Virus record (IMG/VR): IMGVR_UViG_3300023707_000001
Length of the DNA stretch: 44,186 nt
Reading direction: 5' to 3' (one strand)
Source: a virus
Taxonomy: Duplodnaviria > Heunggongvirae > Uroviricota > Caudoviricetes
The notes beneath the pieces are model-generated. The model worked only from the letters and a program-made list of their open reading frames with translations. It had not been told where the DNA came from and searched no databases. The translations under genes were made by a program, and so were the position numbers. Position 1 is the stretch's first letter, and every line of letters starts with the position of its first letter. Positions 27,136-35,873 of the stretch are shown piece by piece.

Positions 27136-27636
27136 TTAGAACGGCCAATCTTCGCTGCCAACTGCGGCAGCAGGAGCAGCCGGGGCAGCGGCAGCCGGTG
27201 CTGCCTGGAAAGTCACCTGCGGTGCTGCCGGTGCAGGAATGCCAGGAGCTGCACTCGGTGCTGCGCTGGGAGCTGCTGCACTGTCAACACGGTCATCCGC
27301 CGTACGCTGGAGATAGAAGTCGTATGCCGTAAAGCCCATGCCAGTCCAGGTGCCATCATCGCGTTTACGGGACGGGGTCAGACGGCCTTCGAAAATCAGG
27401 CCTTTGCCCTTAATGTTGAACTTCTTCAATGCTTCGGCGCGCTTGCCCCAAATCGTTACGTCAAAGATGTCGGACTTCGGTCTGCCCTGTTCGTCCTTCT
27501 GGATGCCCTGAACGTTGAGCTTCATCATTCCGTGAACCTTTTTCTCGTCGCCCTCGTTGAACATCTTGTAACGTTTCTCTGCATCGTCAAAATAGGGAAC
27601 CGTGCCGGAAAGTAATACTTTGTTCATATCTGCCAT
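27136..27636 (-). CDS. ssb: Single-stranded DNA-binding protein
   Basis: MNKVLLSG...DIFDVTIWGKRAE...FEGRL OB fold, Ala/Pro linker, EDWPF tail. Confidence 0.88.
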   Translation of the reverse strand: MADMNKVLLSGTVPYFDDAEKRYKMFNEGDEKKVHGMMKLNVQGIQKDEQGRPKSDIFDVTIWGKRAEALKKFNIKGKGLIFEGRLTPSRKRDDGTWTGMGFTAYDFYLQRTADDRVDSAAAPSAAPSAAPGIPAPAAPQVTFQAAPAAAAPAAPAAAVGSEDWPF

Positions 27637-27719
27637 GTTAAATACCTCTTTTTCTTTCTGCCGTTTATTCATACGGCTACATAGTTAACTCTTATATATC
27701 CAAAGCCTTTTGCTTATGA

Positions 27720-28484
27720 TTAAGCGGCTTTACGGAACAATTCATTTACCTTGCCTGCGATGTACGCAGAAATCATGCGCACAACAGGCGGATTGTAGAT
27801 GTTACGGTCGTTGTGGGACGTAAACATGCCGTCGCTTGCTTCGGAGATGCGGGTATCGAGCCATTTTGCGTCAATATTGCCAGACGCAACGCCGTCTACG
27901 CATACCTTTTTCAGCAGACGTGCTGCCTTCATCATTTCGATATTCGCCTTCATAGCCTCAGTCCAGGTGTTATCGACTTCGTCCGAGGTAAGGTGCTTGT
28001 TTTTCCATTCATCGGATTTGATGTCGATTTCTTTCTTCGGCGGTGCTGCAGGTGCAGGAGCCGGAGCAGGTGCTGCGGACGGAACCTGTGCACGAGGATT
28101 CATGTTTACAAGAGCCGGGCTGCTCTGCAAATCCGCTACTGACGGAACAGGAGCATTTGCCGGGATAGCCGTGCCATCCTTAAGCGTGGCTGCAGCTTCC
28201 TTTTCAGCCTTGTTGGGAACGGAAAGCATTTCGTTGATGGCCTGTGCCTCTTTCTGGCTTACAGGCTTGCCTTTCAGCTCTACGGTTTCTTTGGCTTTTG
28301 CTTCCTGCGTCTTTTTCGACTTTTCCGCTGCGTTGGCGACGAATTCCGTCAACGTTACGCCGGTTGCATGAATCGTTTTGGCAAGTTCCAGAGCCAACCG
28401 TGCATGCTGGTACGGGTCGGTAATCTTGCTCAGGGCATTCCCTGCATCGTCAAGCAGAATCTGAATTGCTTCATTGTTGTTCAT
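27720..28484 (-). CDS. Hypothetical protein with Ala/Pro-rich linker
   Basis: Start MNNNEA after AAAGGGG; APAPAPAP linker; ends FRKAA. Confidence 0.7.
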   Translation of the reverse strand: MNNNEAIQILLDDAGNALSKITDPYQHARLALELAKTIHATGVTLTEFVANAAEKSKKTQEAKAKETVELKGKPVSQKEAQAINEMLSVPNKAEKEAAATLKDGTAIPANAPVPSVADLQSSPALVNMNPRAQVPSAAPAPAPAPAAPPKKEIDIKSDEWKNKHLTSDEVDNTWTEAMKANIEMMKAARLLKKVCVDGVASGNIDAKWLDTRISEASDGMFTSHNDRNIYNPPVVRMISAYIAGKVNELFRKAA

Positions 28485-28503
28485 AAATATTCCCCTTTCT
28501 TTT

Positions 28504-29886
28504 TTATGCTGCTGTTGCATGTACATATTCTACAGACAGCTTCTTTGTTTTTACGGCTTCTTCGGTAAGACGAAGAATCGGCTTGGTTCCTTCATTGGCC
28601 TGCTCGCTGATTTGCGGCAGGTCATACATGGTATCCAGCAGAATCCCCTCGATAATCGTACGAAGCGAACGCGCACCTGTACCGGTCTTAATTGCTCTTC
28701 GTGCAATCTCTCGCAGAGCTTCACGGTCAGGTCTGAGTTTGCAGCCATCCATATCGAATAATACGGCAAATTGCTTTACAATGGCGTTCTTCGGTTCGGT
28801 AAGGATACGAACCAAGTCATCTTCCTTCAACTGGTGCAGTTTACACATAATAGGAAGTCGGCCAAGCATTTCCGGAATGATACCATATTCCTTCATGTCA
28901 TCCGGCGTAACTTCTTCGATAAGGCGGTTGAAGCGATCTGCTTCATCGTTGAGCTCATCAAGACCAAGTTCGTCTTTGTGCGTATAGCCAAAGCCATTAT
29001 CGGTCTCAATCCGTTTGGAAATAATCTTATCGATTCCTTCAAATGCGCCACCACACACAAACAGGATGTTTGTGGTATCTACTTCGATAGTCGGGGCGTC
29101 AGGATGCTTACGGTTACCCTGCGTGAAGTGTACTTTTGTACCTTCTACGATTTTCAGCAGGGCCTGCTGTACGCCTTCGTGTCCGGGGTCAGCAGATGTG
29201 GAGCGATTTGTGCCAGACTTGCGGGCAATCTTATCGAATTCGTCAAGGAAAATAATTCCCCGCTCAGTCTTTTCGCGGTCTTTCCCTGCTTCCTCCCACA
29301 ACTGGCGGACACAGGTTTCCGGGTCGGAACCAACGTATCCGGACTGGGTTAACGTACTGGTATCGATTACGGTAAAAGGAACGCCAAGATAAAGTGCAAT
29401 CGCTTTTAATATTGCCGTTTTACCAACGCCGGTCGGTCCGACCATAAGAATGTTACTCTTATCAAGCTGGGTGAGCCCTTCTGCCTTCTGACCGGTTTTC
29501 AACTCCTTGTACTTCTGCGCTTCAAAGAACGCAAGGCGTTTGTAGTGGTTATAAACAGCCACGGAAAGAATCTTCTTTGCTCCGTCCTGGCCAATAATGT
29601 ACTTGTCAAGATGGGCCTTAATCTTTGCAGGAGATTCGTTGGACATCACCTCGAAAAGACGGCTGGCGATATCTTTCTGTACCTGTAATCTGTTTGCCTT
29701 AATCTGTTCGGCCTCCAAATTACTCATGCCGTTATTTTCATAACGCTGTTTTGACGCTGCCATGGCCAACATCTTCTGTGCACAAGAAAAGCAAAGAGCC
29801 GTGCCTGTTTCGGGGTCATGGAACATCATTTCATTTTCCAATTCCTCGTCCGGTATCTCTTTGCCGCAAGAACTACATTTAATCAT
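28504..29886 (-). CDS. clpX: ClpX AAA+ unfoldase
   Basis: C4 zinc-binding domain, YIIGQDGAKKILSVAVYNHYKR, GPTGVGKT, GYVG pore loop, LDEFDK, EGVQQALLK, RKH loop, GARSLR. Confidence 0.95.
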   Translation of the reverse strand: MIKCSSCGKEIPDEELENEMMFHDPETGTALCFSCAQKMLAMAASKQRYENNGMSNLEAEQIKANRLQVQKDIASRLFEVMSNESPAKIKAHLDKYIIGQDGAKKILSVAVYNHYKRLAFFEAQKYKELKTGQKAEGLTQLDKSNILMVGPTGVGKTAILKAIALYLGVPFTVIDTSTLTQSGYVGSDPETCVRQLWEEAGKDREKTERGIIFLDEFDKIARKSGTNRSTSADPGHEGVQQALLKIVEGTKVHFTQGNRKHPDAPTIEVDTTNILFVCGGAFEGIDKIISKRIETDNGFGYTHKDELGLDELNDEADRFNRLIEEVTPDDMKEYGIIPEMLGRLPIMCKLHQLKEDDLVRILTEPKNAIVKQFAVLFDMDGCKLRPDREALREIARRAIKTGTGARSLRTIIEGILLDTMYDLPQISEQANEGTKPILRLTEEAVKTKKLSVEYVHATAA

Positions 29887-29903
29887 TTTTCGTTTCACCT
29901 CCT

Positions 29904-30476
29904 TTAAGCTACCGATTTTTCAGTATTCGGGGTCCAGATTTTACGCTTCTTATTGCCGACGATTTCGTCGATAATGCCGTATTCGAGTGCTTCCTCTGCC
30001 GTCATCCAGCGGTCGCGGAAGGTATCTTCCTTATACTCTTCTACGGTCTTTCCGCAGTTTTCTGCAATCATCTTTGCCAGCTCGTCATTAAGACGCTCCG
30101 TTTCCCGCAGGGAGATAAGCATGTCCTGAATATTGCCCTGCGCACCGCTTGATGCCTGATGAATCATCACGCGGGAATGCGGAAGTGCCATGCGCTTAGC
30201 TCCGCAGGAAAGAATTGCTGCACCCATGCTTGCGCACATATGCGTATTGATGGTAAATACCATGCTTTTCAGGCTGTTCATCGTGTCGATAATGGAGAGG
30301 CCTGCGCCGATTTCACCACCCGGGCTGTTAATATACAGCATGATTGGCTTTCTGCCTTCATCATCGAGCGCCTGAAGTTCACTACATACCTCTGCAGCCA
30401 TAGCGCTGTTAATGTCCGTGTCAATACGCACGATTCGATTATCGTATAGTTTTTCTTTTACTTTGATTAATACCAA
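29904..30476 (-). CDS. clpP: ClpP peptidase
   Basis: YINSPGG, CASMGA (Ser), MIHQ (His), RDRWM (Asp), EALEYGIID; TTG start after AAAGGGGG. Confidence 0.93.
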   Translation of the reverse strand: MVLIKVKEKLYDNRIVRIDTDINSAMAAEVCSELQALDDEGRKPIMLYINSPGGEIGAGLSIIDTMNSLKSMVFTINTHMCASMGAAILSCGAKRMALPHSRVMIHQASSGAQGNIQDMLISLRETERLNDELAKMIAENCGKTVEEYKEDTFRDRWMTAEEALEYGIIDEIVGNKKRKIWTPNTEKSVA

Positions 30477-30518
30477 AATTATTGCCCCCTTTATTGATGA
30501 ATTTTGAGTTGATAATAG

Positions 30519-30615
30519 CCCACCAAGAAAAGGTGGGATGAAGATAAAGCGCGCCAAAGGCGCAAGAAAAACAAGACAATGCACCCCGAAGGGGTGCGAA
30601 GGGCTCGAAGAGCCC
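30519..30615. promoter_or_regulatory. Four tandem short hairpins in the clpP leader
   Basis: CCCACC/GGTGGG, GCGCC/GGCGC, GCACCCC-GAA-GGGGTGC, GGGCTC-GAA-GAGCCC. Confidence 0.5.
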
Positions 30616-30622
30616 AACGGCC

Positions 30623-31171
30623 TCATTCTTCTTCGTTTTCCTTATTCTTTTTCGTTCGCTTCTTCGGCGGAGTAACGCCGGGGAGGAAGGATAAAGAGAA
30701 AAGGCGGAGGGATTTGGAAATCTGTATAGCAAGTTCCACGCTAATGGCATTGCGAAGCTTAGCGCTTTTTCTCGTGCCGTCATTTGCAATTTCCGTAATG
30801 CATCCGTCTATCTTGATGCAGCCTTTGATGCGGTCAGCCTCGTTCTCGATTGGATTGCCTTCCAGGTCTTTATCCGTATAAAAAATCAAGAGTGAATACC
30901 CTTTCTTTTTGGATAAGTCCTGAATAAGCATTTTCTGAGCGGTTTTTGTATTAAGGACATACAGTTTTTCAAATGTCTGGATGTCTACTTCTTCCGCTAC
31001 CTTACGCCAATATCCAAGAACAACCGTGGATTCTCCACAGGTATTGGCGTCAATTGCCTCAGAAAAGGTATCCCAATCGATAAGCTTTTCTACAGTTTCT
31101 TTTCCCTGAACATACTCTGTCTTTGGGCAGTTTTCTGCATCTGCCTTGTCAATTTTAAATACGTCGAACAT
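30623..31171 (-). CDS. Hypothetical protein
   Basis: 182-aa ORF after GAGGTAAGG. Confidence 0.7.
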   Translation of the reverse strand: MFDVFKIDKADAENCPKTEYVQGKETVEKLIDWDTFSEAIDANTCGESTVVLGYWRKVAEEVDIQTFEKLYVLNTKTAQKMLIQDLSKKKGYSLLIFYTDKDLEGNPIENEADRIKGCIKIDGCITEIANDGTRKSAKLRNAISVELAIQISKSLRLFSLSFLPGVTPPKKRTKKNKENEEE

Positions 31172-31189
31172 TTATTGCACCTTACCTCT

Positions 31190-31819
31190 TTAGGACAGGA
31201 TTGTTACTTTTGCTGTGCGTCTTCCGATATGATTAGCCAAACTGTCTGCGCCTTCTCCGGCAAACAAGTCAATGATATTGCCTTTGATGGCGCCGCCGGT
31301 ATCTACTGCTGTGTAAACACCGTTATACTGACGCATTTCCTCATCTTTGAAGTTGATTCTTACTTTGGAGCCTAACGGAATTACCCGCGGGTCTACCGCG
31401 ATAGCTCTTGCCGATTCCAGTGTATGGCCTGCAAGATTTGTTCCATTGGCAGTTCTTCCGTAACCGGGGTGACTCGCGCCTTTACCACAGTCGCTTTCCG
31501 ATAGAGTGTATGCTGTTACCTCTACTTCAAAGTCGCCTGAGTATCCCCGTTCTACTTCTCGGCGGAGTACCTCCACCTGATTTTTAAGCTGGGCATTTTC
31601 ATTTTGCAGATTTGAATTCTGGTTCTGCAAGTCGCCAATCTGCCTGCGATATTCCTGTACTGATGCCGTATATACATCCGCTTCCTCTTTAGCCTGCGAA
31701 GCAATTACCGCTGCCTCTGCTTTCGCTTCAAGGCCAGCGTGATATGTATACGCGCCGCCCGCCACAATACTCATCAGTGCAATTCCTGCAGATACCTTTT
31801 TAATCGTTCTCGTAGTCAT
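31190..31819 (-). CDS. Membrane-anchored or secreted 3D-domain cell-wall hydrolase
   Basis: N-terminal hydrophobic helix, coiled coil, then VTAY...TANG...IAVDPRVIPLGS...AVDTGGAIKGNIIDLF. Confidence 0.9.
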   Translation of the reverse strand: MTTRTIKKVSAGIALMSIVAGGAYTYHAGLEAKAEAAVIASQAKEEADVYTASVQEYRRQIGDLQNQNSNLQNENAQLKNQVEVLRREVERGYSGDFEVEVTAYTLSESDCGKGASHPGYGRTANGTNLAGHTLESARAIAVDPRVIPLGSKVRINFKDEEMRQYNGVYTAVDTGGAIKGNIIDLFAGEGADSLANHIGRRTAKVTILS

Positions 31820-31874
31820 TCTCGTCCTTCTTTCTTAGGCCGGCATTTAACCGGCCACACGATTAACACTTCTC

Positions 31875-32483
31875 TTAGATGTCGAGCTGTACAACTGCGT
31901 ATACATTCTCGACGGGGATTCCCAACCGTACAGCTTCATCCTGTACATGCTTTTCGATAGCAATTTTGTTGGGCATCCCGGGTTCGTCACTGTTCAGAAA
32001 ATCAAAACAGCCCATAATATTTTCCTTGCCACACGCCGCAAGGGTCGGTTCGCCGTCAATCTGTACAGCAAACTTTTCTCCGGCCTTCTTGTTACGGATG
32101 TCCATCAAAAGCGTTGTATCGTCGGTAAATAATGCTTCTGTGTATCCATCATCAAGAGAGTCGCGATAAACCAATGCCGTTTCGCCTTCCTCAACAATGA
32201 TTGTTCCCTGGTATACATACTTGGACTGGGAACGCACATCGCTGCCGGTCTTATAAACGATTACAGCGAACGGACCTTCCATGCGGTCATGTTTTAATGC
32301 CTTGGGAGCACTTTTCTTATAACGCACTTCATTGTCTTTGATAGTGTAGTGCTTTTCGCCGTTGGCGTCGTAGCGCTGGGCAACCTTCTTAATCTTGAGC
32401 ATTTCGCGTAATTTGCGCTGCTCGATTGCAAACTTGGAAGGCTTCGGAACTAAGGGATTTAAGTCGATTTTCAAAATCCACAC
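31875..32483 (-). CDS. Hypothetical protein
   Basis: 202-aa ORF fitting the gene tiling. Confidence 0.65.
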   Translation of the reverse strand: MWILKIDLNPLVPKPSKFAIEQRKLREMLKIKKVAQRYDANGEKHYTIKDNEVRYKKSAPKALKHDRMEGPFAVIVYKTGSDVRSQSKYVYQGTIIVEEGETALVYRDSLDDGYTEALFTDDTTLLMDIRNKKAGEKFAVQIDGEPTLAACGKENIMGCFDFLNSDEPGMPNKIAIEKHVQDEAVRLGIPVENVYAVVQLDI

Positions 32484-32517
32484 CGCTTTCTTAAGATTTT
32501 TTGGTATTTAGTTGTCT

Positions 32518-33063
32518 TTACGCGCCCTTTAGTAAGAGCTTTGTAAAATCGTCGAAGTGGCTTGTCGTATTAGGAGGATTAAGCTCCATCCATTCATCCG
32601 TATCCACATCCCATGCGTATGTACAATACCTGCGCATGACATTGAAACGGTATGGACGGTATTCATAATTGCCTGTTTTGTGATTAAGGACAAAACGCTT
32701 TTGGTTAATCACCACAATGGCGACATTTCTATTTTGAGCAACCCGTTTAAGATTGCTCATGAAACGCCACAAATCACCGTGGATATATGTTGCGTCATCA
32801 ATAACGACAATGTCCAAATACTTACAGGCGATATCCATTAAGGCTAGTTCATCACTGCTATTAATATTAAAGGAGAACCAGATATTTTTCTCCTTTGTTG
32901 CCGCCGTACCCAATTTACTCGCTGCATCAATAAAGTATGCAAGTGCTTCTTGTCGCGTTTGCAGCTCCCTTATATATGACAGCAGTGCTTTCGTCTTGCC
33001 TGAATTGGGCGAACCATGTACCTCTGTTACATGCCCCTTCAAAACTTCGATATTAGGAAGCAT
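32518..33063 (-). CDS. Short RecA-superfamily ATPase (RecA paralog, core only)
   Basis: VTEVHGSPNSGKT, YFIDAAS, IVVIDD, VVINQKR. Confidence 0.75.
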   Translation of the reverse strand: MLPNIEVLKGHVTEVHGSPNSGKTKALLSYIRELQTRQEALAYFIDAASKLGTAATKEKNIWFSFNINSSDELALMDIACKYLDIVVIDDATYIHGDLWRFMSNLKRVAQNRNVAIVVINQKRFVLNHKTGNYEYRPYRFNVMRRYCTYAWDVDTDEWMELNPPNTTSHFDDFTKLLLKGA

Positions 33064-33110
33064 TTTGCCACCTCTTTGTCTTACTTACATCTTTCCGATG
33101 CGATAAGTCA

Positions 33111-33139
33111 ATTATACTGTAAGAAAGATAAATAGTCAA
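33111..33139 (-). promoter_or_regulatory. sigma70/SigA-type promoter
   Basis: TTGACT-17 nt-TATAAT, just downstream of a terminator. Confidence 0.75.
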
Positions 33140-33182
33140 CCCTATTTTGTTATTAAGATTAAGCCACTGCTTCTTCCATAAC

Positions 33183-33207
33183 AAAAACCGCCCATATCGG
33201 GCGGTTT
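33183..33207 (-). terminator. Intrinsic terminator
   Basis: AAACCGCCC-GAUAU-GGGCGGUUUUU. Confidence 0.8.
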
Positions 33208-33209
33208 CC

Positions 33210-33917
33210 TTAACCTTTGCTCTGTTCCGCCCTTTTAGCGAAACTCTCTTTCATTTGCTTGTCCCATTCTTTTGGGGTAAGCATTGCGCTGCTGCGGTCT
33301 TCAATTTCGTCTTCTGTGAAACCTTCATCGTAGAGCGCTTGAAAACCTTTGCCGGAATAATAATCGAAACACGTCATGTCAATCAATCCCTGCAGGTCAC
33401 CGCCTGGAAGCCATAAATCAGTCTTCACGAGTTCTGCATCTTCGAAGGTGAGAACATAACGTTCGTTTTTCCCGCTATCCTGGTTCCTGGTGGAAATGAG
33501 TACCTTACCATCTGCTTTTACCCCATATTTTTCAGGGAAAGCATATTCCCAGTAATTTATCCTCACTTCTTCCTTCTTGTGCGGGCCACTTTTGGAGAAT
33601 GTCCAAATTTCTGCCTTGTTCCACACAGGTGTAGGGACAACTTTGATATTCTTTAACAAGCCTCGATAACTCAAAACGGGAACTTTTGCGTTATTCGTCG
33701 ACGTATACAGAATCTTTTTCAAGATAACCTTTTTATCGATAAGCCCAAATACCCTTTGAATTTGAATGCCGCTTGTGGTAATCTGCGGCTCAGTGAGGTA
33801 TTTTGAAATCATCTTTTCTATATTGTCGACTTTGAACGGATACCCGTCTGCAATCGCGTAGACTTTTCCGTCAAACCCAAACAAATCTCGAACCGGCGCG
33901 CACATTTTATTTTCCAC
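33210..33917 (-). CDS. Hypothetical protein
   Basis: 235-aa ORF overlapping the thyX stop, followed by a terminator. Confidence 0.7.
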   Translation of the reverse strand: MENKMCAPVRDLFGFDGKVYAIADGYPFKVDNIEKMISKYLTEPQITTSGIQIQRVFGLIDKKVILKKILYTSTNNAKVPVLSYRGLLKNIKVVPTPVWNKAEIWTFSKSGPHKKEEVRINYWEYAFPEKYGVKADGKVLISTRNQDSGKNERYVLTFEDAELVKTDLWLPGGDLQGLIDMTCFDYYSGKGFQALYDEGFTEDEIEDRSSAMLTPKEWDKQMKESFAKRAEQSKG

Positions 33918-34653
33918 CTGTCATCTTCTTGGCCATCGCTGCATCAAACTTCATCAAGGTGTATGCCTTTTTCAGTTCTTCGAGTGTCGGCTTTTTCCCA
34001 CAGCTCATATGGCCTTCCGGGCAATAGCCTAACTGGTCGCAAGCAGCAGCGTCAACAAAGAGACGCGGTGCGGCTTCTTTGGCCAACTTAAACATTTCAT
34101 TGGCCAACTGGCGAATCTCCCATTGCGCACGTGCACAACATCTGAGACTGAAAAAATGCGCCAAGCTGCGAGCATTCATTGTGCAGAGCAAACGCGATTC
34201 TGTTGCATTCGGCAGCAGGAAGCGGGCATCTTCTTTTGGAATGCCTGCATTTTCACAGTCATGCAGGAACTTATTGATTTCACCGCAAATGCCACGCATT
34301 TTAATGCGCAGTTCGTCATTTGCCATAATGGATGGCGGAATCACATAACCAAAGCCCTCCGAATTCGTATACCTTTGGCTCTGTTGATCGAAGCTGGCTA
34401 TCCTGTGGCGTACGAGCTGGTGTGTAAGTGCACGACTCACCCCCTCAATGGCAAACGTAAATACCGGATGCTCATAAGGAGTACCGTGATTCACCATTTC
34501 TCCAAGCTTTTCCAGGAACTTGTCCACCTTTTCATTCGCAAGGCCGGCCAACAATGTTTCCACGTCCTGTGCATTAGAATAGCACAAGCGGGCGGCTGCC
34601 GCAACCATCTTCTCAGGTTCCGGCGTATGCGCTAAAAGCGTTACTTTCATCAT
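33907..34653 (-). CDS. thyX: Flavin-dependent thymidylate synthase
   Basis: TPYEH..FTF.IEGVSRALTHQLVRHRIASFDQQSQRY, ARFLLPNA, LRCCARAQWEIR. Confidence 0.95.
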   Translation of the reverse strand: MMKVTLLAHTPEPEKMVAAAARLCYSNAQDVETLLAGLANEKVDKFLEKLGEMVNHGTPYEHPVFTFAIEGVSRALTHQLVRHRIASFDQQSQRYTNSEGFGYVIPPSIMANDELRIKMRGICGEINKFLHDCENAGIPKEDARFLLPNATESRLLCTMNARSLAHFFSLRCCARAQWEIRQLANEMFKLAKEAAPRLFVDAAACDQLGYCPEGHMSCGKKPTLEELKKAYTLMKFDAAMAKKMTGGK

Positions 34654-34680
34654 TAAAAAATCTCCCCTTTTTCTAAAAAA

Positions 34681-34959
34681 TTATATACCAATTCCGCCAA
34701 AGGCGGGATTAATGACATCTATTACAATGGGCAGCCCATGGCCTTTTGCGCCAATACAGTTATATTCTACCCGTTCCAGTGCATCCATTTCATCCATGCC
34801 TTCTTCTACGAGACATTGAATCATGGTTTCTCTGTCGTATATGGCAATTCCGTCGGAGGAAACTCCGACGAATGCCTTAGAATAGCTCGGGTTCGTATAC
34901 AAAACGGTATCTTCAAAACCTGATTCGATTAGTGCGTCTTTTACTTCCTGTTCTGTCAT
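34681..34959 (-). CDS. Conserved-looking small phage protein
   Basis: AFVGV...AIYD..MIQCLVEEGM...ALE..EYN pattern; GGGGAG SD. Confidence 0.65.
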   Translation of the reverse strand: MTEQEVKDALIESGFEDTVLYTNPSYSKAFVGVSSDGIAIYDRETMIQCLVEEGMDEMDALERVEYNCIGAKGHGLPIVIDVINPAFGGIGI

Positions 34960-35216
34960 GCCCGTATCCTCCAGGTGTTAACGGTATCTGCTATTCCTGC
35001 TGTATCCCGTACTAGAGCTTCTGTTTTTCGATTGGCGTGGTCAATAGCAACTATTTCTATGTTGTCTTCGCCATAAGATTGAATTGCTTTCAAAGCAGCG
35101 CTAGTATGGGTTTTACACCTATGTTCTCGCAATCTCGTTGTTAGTCTTCGAGATGTTTGCCCTACATAGAAACGCTGCTTTGAGACTTTATGCCTTATTA
35201 CATATATCGTATACAT
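34956..35216 (-). CDS. Short GIY-YIG nuclease domain, possibly degenerate
   Basis: TIYVIRHK...FYVGQTSRRL..RLREH...AIQSYG; no appended DNA-binding domain. Confidence 0.6.
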   Translation of the reverse strand: MYTIYVIRHKVSKQRFYVGQTSRRLTTRLREHRCKTHTSAALKAIQSYGEDNIEIVAIDHANRKTEALVRDTAGIADTVNTWRIRA

Positions 35217-35217
35217 A

Positions 35218-35502
35218 TTAGGCATTCGCCAGTCTATCGCGCAATTCCGCACGTTTTGCATTTCCCCAGCGGTCAACTGTCCCTGTCAGGTAACCAGTTA
35301 TGCGACGAATGCGTTCGAACGGCGCGTTTCGCTTGGTGTACTCAACGGTGACGTCATCGCCATCCAAAGTAAGTTTAATACGCTTAATATCTGTTTCAGC
35401 GCAGTCGGCGTTTTTAACAACGTCCTGGATGTATTTTTCGACTTCATCTTCATTGTAGGCAAAATTGGCTTCAACAATAATGCCATTAAACAAACCTGTC
35501 AT
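35218..35502 (-). CDS. Stand-alone NrdD C-terminal (glycyl-radical) domain protein
   Basis: FERIRRITGYL...WGNAKRAELRDR is the NrdD C-terminal signature, on a 94-aa ORF with its own AAGGAAG SD. Confidence 0.8.
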   Translation of the reverse strand: MTGLFNGIIVEANFAYNEDEVEKYIQDVVKNADCAETDIKRIKLTLDGDDVTVEYTKRNAPFERIRRITGYLTGTVDRWGNAKRAELRDRLANA

Positions 35503-35525
35503 TTTTGCATCTTCCTTTCTTGTTA

Positions 35526-35870
35526 TTAACTAGCTTTTTCTGCATCATCTGGGTCTTCTACCGTCATCAATGCCGCCTCGGCGTCCTTGATAATCTTGCT
35601 AACACGGCTGCACTTGCCCATGGTCTCGCTGATTTTCCCCTTAAGCTCTAAGGCGAATGTCCGCTTCATGCTTTCCAGAACAATGCCGTCGGTTATTCCG
35701 TTGCACAAATAGGGTTTGTTTTTGCTAATATACACAGTCATACTGGGATATTGAACGGAAATCTCTTTAACTGTATCAATCGTCTCAAGGAGGTTTGTCC
35801 AACGACGGATATCATCTTCCAGACGGCGCTTATGGCTTAGCAGTATTTGCAATTTTTCAATATTCATCAT
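35526..35870 (-). CDS. Hypothetical protein
   Basis: 114-aa ORF, GAGGAG SD within the upstream gene end. Confidence 0.65.
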   Translation of the reverse strand: MMNIEKLQILLSHKRRLEDDIRRWTNLLETIDTVKEISVQYPSMTVYISKNKPYLCNGITDGIVLESMKRTFALELKGKISETMGKCSRVSKIIKDAEAALMTVEDPDDAEKAS

Positions 35871-35873
35871 ACT

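Noticed and set aside
30477-30626. 50-aa N-terminal extension of ClpP in the ORF track
   Set aside because: Runs through the hairpin-rich leader; a good SD precedes TTG at 30476.
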